A stretch of 64,000 nucleotides of DNA from the human T2T-CHM13v2.0 reference genome, Homo sapiens. The position numbers and the translations under genes were made by a program. Positions 57,694 through 64,000 of this stretch are shown here, piece after piece. Each line of letters opens with the position of its first letter. The first letter of the stretch is position 1. The notes beneath the pieces are model-generated. The model had not been told where the DNA came from. It saw only the letters and a list, made by a program, of their open reading frames with translations, and searched no databases. The stretch lies in NCBI RefSeq assembly GCF_009914755.1, contig NC_060929.1; one strand, given 5' to 3'.

Positions 57694-60600
57694 CTGAATC
57701 TTTTTAATATGAAAACCTCAGATTATCTAAACAGGAGTTTTTATTCTCTCCCTTTTCCAGGCCACATCAGTCTCGGTTCTTTTGGCAGTTCCGAAGACAT
57801 CATGATTCCCAGATGCTTCACCATCCTGGCAACACCCTTCTGGACTGATTGCTCCTTGTTGATTTCCTCTTAACCTGTGGTATCTGAAATGAATCCCACA
57901 CCCCAGGTGTGATATGACGATTGCAGGGCACAGAATGTCAGTCAGCTTAATTTCTCTGCTGTACATCTATGAATAAGGCTTAAGACAGAATTCCTCACAT
58001 ATTCTTCATTTACATGCCATCACCCTTGGGCCTCTACCATCCAATTCTAATTAACTGTGCACTTGAAATTGCAGTCATTTTTATTAGCAAGCTTAAATAA
58101 CTATTGACTCTGACTTTGCATTCCAGTGTATTTACTATCTCTTTATGTTTCTGTATATTTGTTTGATTGGATGAACGGTCTTCCATCCAGGCAAATATTT
58201 AGTCTTTACTCAGTATTCTTTATCTATGTTGTTCAACTAGGAAAAAACACACTTAATAGTATTTTTATCCAATTCACACATCCATTATAGCTACCACAAG
58301 ATACTTTTGCAAATATTTTACCAAAATAAAAAATACACTATTTATACAGCATATTCCCGAGTTACCAGACAAGTGATAGTGAGATTATGGCTAGTTTTGT
58401 GTAAAGTGGGAAATGCAAATGATAACAATGGGCTTTGGGACCATTTTTTATTAATGAAAGATAAGGCTTTGTGAGAGAGAAGTAAAAGAAATTATAGGCA
58501 GTATCTTGGAAGATCATTCAGATATTAAATTGACTTTGTAATATAGAAAACCAATTTAGTTGAGACCAAGGCAGTGTAACTTGTGGGGAACATCAAATAG
58601 TGAACACAGACTGGGGAATGAAAATGTGGTTTGACAACATCCAAGTTTTCATAATAGATAAACTAGGGACAAATCAGCAAGTTAACAGCTTAATACAAAC
58701 TCAAGGAGGTCAAGTTGCAACATCAGGGTCTTTGAGCTCATTTTCCCTTGAAAGAGATTAAATGAGAGCTCATACTCACTGTGAAGAGTGACACCCAGAG
58801 AAAATTCACAGGAGCACATAATGTGAGTGAACAAATATTTAAATAAGTTGGTACCTTTTTGCCTGGAGGTAAGAAGACAGCGGTGATTTAACAACATGTT
58901 TTGGAGACTTTCTGCAAAAATTAATGATGCCTATTACATTCTACCTTCTCTTAGGAAATATAAAAGTATGTGATTTTAAAGAAAAGCAGAGGGAATAGGT
59001 GCAGCAACCTAGGAAGGTTACCTGGCAGTAGAGGGTCATTAAGCACTGGGTTCTTGTTGGGGAAATTTTCAAAATATCTTCAAGGACCCATTTGTCCACA
59101 CCCAATTGCCATAGAAGTTCACAGAGGAAAAGCCCAAGCTAAGAGTATATCATTTATATCACCGAATTAGGTGTTGGTAGAAGTCATTGGCCCATACCAT
59201 CTTGCTACGAAAAGCAACTCTTTTTAACCTTTTCCCACCACTATACAACATTAAAAAGTCAATCACTTAATTCTAATTTATTTTGACCTTAGAAAAACCC
59301 AGCAGAGTGGGAAATTTCAACAGATACAAGAGAAAAATAAAATGGCCCCTGTCCTCACAAAGCTTACAATACTTTTTAGAAGAAATGACTTAAACACAAT
59401 AAATTCTCAGTCAATGTGAGATAGTACCTACTGTGTGGCTCAAACATAAAATGTTATAAGAGTTCAGGGAATGTAAAATCAATGCTCGCATGAAGTAAAC
59501 TAATTCAGTTTACACAACGACTCTTTTGCTAATCTCATTCCAGGCAGACGACAGAATGCCTGAAAAAAAATTGATTGCGTAGTTTCTAGAATATGAATTT
59601 GACAATCTGATCATTTTTCTTATGAATAGACACAAAGAAATAGATAAAGACAGCAAATGTTATACTCAAAGGCTTACATAATGTTACCTTCAAAGATGGC
59701 ATATGTTTGCACTTTATTTTTTATTTCCATAAAAGAAATGGCAGAATTCCTGAACAGCATGTTCCATTTAGAAATAAAAGCATGTACTCTCTCGTTCTCC
59801 TTTCCAATACTGGAAAATCAATAGTGTGATTATATGGAGACAGAAAAGGCCGGGTCATCTGAACTAACAATATCATTGCTATTATTAATAATAAGAGTGC
59901 AGTATCTAGAATTTATTTAACGTGATTATTTTGCCATCATGAACAATGTTAATCCCCACAAGAACAGATGGTACAACCATATTTTAAATTATTCAATGAA
60001 GTGTGTTTTTTAAATCACAAATGTGTATGAGCAGAGTGGATGCATTTGAAATTTAACCCTTGCTTATATTTTTGCTGTCATACAGTCTAAGAGATAACCA
60101 GTCAATGGAGAAGTGGCCTTTTCTCTCTCTTGACCTTTTGGATACAATGATGATAGAAAATAGGTAATGAGGGGAAAAAAAATCACAGAATTTCATATGG
60201 AAATTTTTTTAAAGAGAGAAAACAAGAGAAATAAATGACTTGTTTAGGGTGGTACAAGAGGGTAACACTAAGGTGGCAGTCTCTTCTCAGTGAGCTAGTA
60301 AACATTAAACTATTGAGATCAAACAGGAAGGTATCTAAGCCCACTCTCCAGTGCTTTTCTGCAACGACACGCTCTTCACAGGGAACTATAATTTTAGCGA
60401 GCTCCATGAATACTTAGAAGATCATGATAGTCAGGGTACTTGTCTTTTTTGCTTTGGGCTATTCATACTTACAGCATAGTGAGAAAACAAGAGAAAGCTT
60501 CTCTGGGGTTTTTCTAAAGATATCACATGCAAACCCTGGGCTTGGCTACAGACCTTGGGCCTTGCTCATAGATATGGAAAAATTGGAATATGACATTAAT

Positions 60601-60827
60601 GCCGAAAGATAACAAAGGAAAATGCTATGACCTGAAAGGTGTAGGATAGAGTGGGTAAATTGGTCCTCCTTGGATCAAATATGGACAGCAGGCCTGAGTT
60701 TGTCCAACATATTTTTAATTTTGTTTTTCCTTTTGATCCAACATTTAAAGCACACAGAAAATGTCACATTAAAGTTGAGATTTGGGCTTCTTTTGAATGT
60801 TTAGGAGGTTTAAAACCTTCAGTTCCC

Positions 60828-61133
<306 letters not shown>

Positions 61134-64000
61134 TACCTAGAGTTCCCCTCCCTACATATTGCCAGCTATCTCCTTCAGATGGGGCAAGCATTCTCCAGTT
61201 TGACAATCCCCATTCAAGTTCTGTAACTCAGATACATTTCTTCCTGGTTCTGTAAGTATTTAATCTGAAGGCCTTTCAAGTAAAACTGAGTTAGGAAAAA
61301 GTAAATCTGCTACCACCTGGTCAAACTCTTAACCAAAACATCTCTAAAACCAAGCACTTTTAGAGAATGTCCTGTCCTTCCCACCACAATTTACTTACCT
61401 ACCAGGAACTATTTTCAACTCTTTACGAAGCACTAAACCTGAATTCCAATCGATCTGGAATTACCTCATTTGTTATGTATCAAAAATTCTCTAATATATT
61501 ATGAAAAAACCTAGGTTTTATTTACCAATGTATGCCTATATTTAAATCAAGATAAATAAGTCAATTTTAGTGAAGGAAGAATCATTCAGTACCACATTTT
61601 TCATGCATTCAAGAAACATATCCAGTTTATGCTGGCAAATACTCCCCCAATGGTACTGACATATATTGTTCATCTGGCTTATGGTGACATATCTGAAGTT
61701 TCTGATAATTCTGTTCCCAACATTTATATGGTATTAAATTGACCCTATGCAGGCTGAACTGCCTGAAAATACAGATTCTGTTGCAATTTGTCTGTAGTTG
61801 TAAAGAAAGTCGATTATTTAATCAGAATTTAAGAAGACTTCTACATGACCTTGATAATACCAATGATTTAGTCAAAATTATTTGACATAATACAGACAAA
61901 AATAACACAGTTAACAGAATGTAGCCTTTTTGAGTAGTTTCCGGCAACTTGTAAGCATAGTTTAAATCCAGTCTTAATCAAATGCTTCAGATTAGCAGAA
62001 ATTCATAGTCTGGGAATTATGTCATGTTGCTTATATAGAATTTATTTATTTATTTATTTACCTACCTATATGGGGAAACAGGATATAATTCACTTTTGAA
62101 AAATATATTACTGCCATCTGCCTCACAATATAATTTCTTTTTGATGGCTAGAAATACTAAAGAAGAAGAAAAAGCATGATACACATCAGTGATTTTTAAA
62201 GCAGTCTTTTGTCTGCCCCATGGTCATACATACCTGAGTGTTGAGTAGCTATAAATGAATTCCCATGGTTGGTTTAAAGATAGAGTCCCCAGTAACTAAA
62301 TAACTGAGCTAATATAATTTGCCAGTTTTGGCTTCTGATATAACAGAGGCAATTGTTTAAGAAAGCGTAATGTGAAAATGTTTTAATTAAAAATAGCTGC
62401 AAAGACAATTTAATTTGGTCATTGTGCTATATGTATACACATATATTATATAACATATACAATCTTTTATGTATAAAAATATATAGACAAATATCAATGG
62501 ATCATTTTATTTATATTCATTATAAGTACTTAAGTAACTTGATAATTTTAACACTTATAAGTGTTACCTATATAGTAACAAGAGTGATTCTTCAAACATG
62601 TATACCATATGCAAATTCAAACCAATGTTTCCTAAATATTTATTTCAATGAAAAAAATATAGTGAATTCTATTAGGATTAAAGACATTTTTGACATTCTC
62701 TTTGGGAATTATCATTACAGGGCACTTCCAGTGTGCATAAGAAAACTGCCTCTTAATTTTATAGTTACTTCTCATTTTGACTCAAAATAGCATTCGCTAA
62801 CTGGATCATCAACTTTAATCATCAGGCTTAATGCCAAAGGACTTTTGGCAGCTTCATAGAACTAGATAAACCTTCAACAGATGGAGATTTGTCATCAATG
62901 AATTTCAAAAACATGTAGCAAAGGCTCTTTTGAAGGTAAGTTCAAGAGGGGAATCCCTGAAATGTTTGAACAATGGCAATATCCTTGAGATATTACTAGT
63001 ACGGAGCTCCCCACAGGCATCATTGAGAAAGGCTCAAACTCCATTACATTAATGGGTAAGTTCTGCTGTGTTCTAGCCAGTCTTTCTGCCTCTTTTCTCT
63101 TCGGTTCATGTGTGTTTTTAAAATAGTAAAACAAAATGTGTGTAATTTCCAGAGTCAATGTCAGAGGTTCACGCTCTGTTTAGACTTTTTGGTTGTGCAG
63201 ATTTTAACATAATTGCTAAAATGTCTCATCAGAAATAATGAAAAATAGTTATCGCTTTCACATTCCTTTAGTGCACATTCCTTTGCAGCATCCATGCAGG
63301 TGCATTAGAGATTTGATTTTTGGGGAACCTAATGAGGGTCAGACTGGTCAGCCTGTGGGTGCTACATCTGCAGTTTACTACCCCAATCCTCTGGTGCTGT
63401 GAGATGGGTCAGACTTGGCAGTGGCCAAGATTGATGTTATGTAGACTTTCGAGTTCATGAAGCAAAATCCAAGAATCTTACCTTCACTCAACATGGCTAC
63501 AACTGAATCTATCAGCTGTTCTTCCCTGATTTACCTCCCTGTACTTTCTCATCTGGTAACCTTCTAGTTATTCTTCAAGATTCCACTGTGATTTCTACTC
63601 CATGTGCAAGATTGCTTGCTGGAATGGAGAAAAGGTGAGTGTAGGGAAGGTAAAGAAAACACTCCCTCATTTAGCTATTAATTCATTAATTATCAATAAA
63701 CACTTTTTAGGGTGTCCATTGTGCACCAATCACACACTTGGGTCTCATGGATGAATATCACATTGCTCCTGCCCTCCAAGGGCCCACCACTGAGGGAAGG
63801 AGAGAGACAAGTAAACCAAGCACAATACAGTGTACAAATTATCACAGGATAGATGTATGGGCTTTTAAACACAGCTAAGAAGAAAAGGAATAGTAATTCA
63901 TCGGAATGAGGAAGTAACATTAGATATAGCTTTGGGACAGTGCACAGAATGTATGTAAAAAACTTTAAGTACTTTTGTAATTAATTTGAAAGAATCTGAT

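Noticed and set aside
62422-62790. 122-aa ORF in unique DNA
   Set aside because: Non-ATG start, very AT-rich with I/Y/N bias, no splice or domain support

Overview
This is AT-rich primate (most likely human) genomic DNA, not microbial. It is dominated by interspersed repeats: about 13 Alus, one full-length ~6.03-kb L1PA2/L1PA3-type LINE-1 with a 13-bp TSD, older L1MA/L1PA pieces, a complete MSTA-type MaLR provirus, THE1, MLT1 and MLT2 solo LTRs, L2, MIR and hAT/Tigger fossils. Almost every ORF in the supplied track is L1-derived or spurious. The one credible host coding segment is absent from the track: a 125-nt minus-strand exon at 46737..46613 (MSLPSSCEYLTLGKVARFRSAYVHGSPYAINMPIDIKPQRR+CG|gtaact). 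It resembles an alternative N-terminal first exon of a long-form PDE4 phosphodiesterase, probably PDE4D, so the window is probably intronic to a large minus-strand gene. That gene assignment comes from recall of PDE4 N-termini and needs BLAST confirmation. Other notable structures: a perfect 28-bp VNTR built from hairpin units ~3.6 kb upstream of that exon, a 183-bp ~92%-identical inverted duplication that looks like a staggered-break inversion scar, a pre-miRNA-sized hairpin, a twin-primed inverted L1, a strong CTCF/YY1 motif, and a candidate non-coding exon. I found no CRISPR array, RNA gene or novel multi-gene system. Repeat subfamily calls were made by eye and boundaries of old repeats are approximate.
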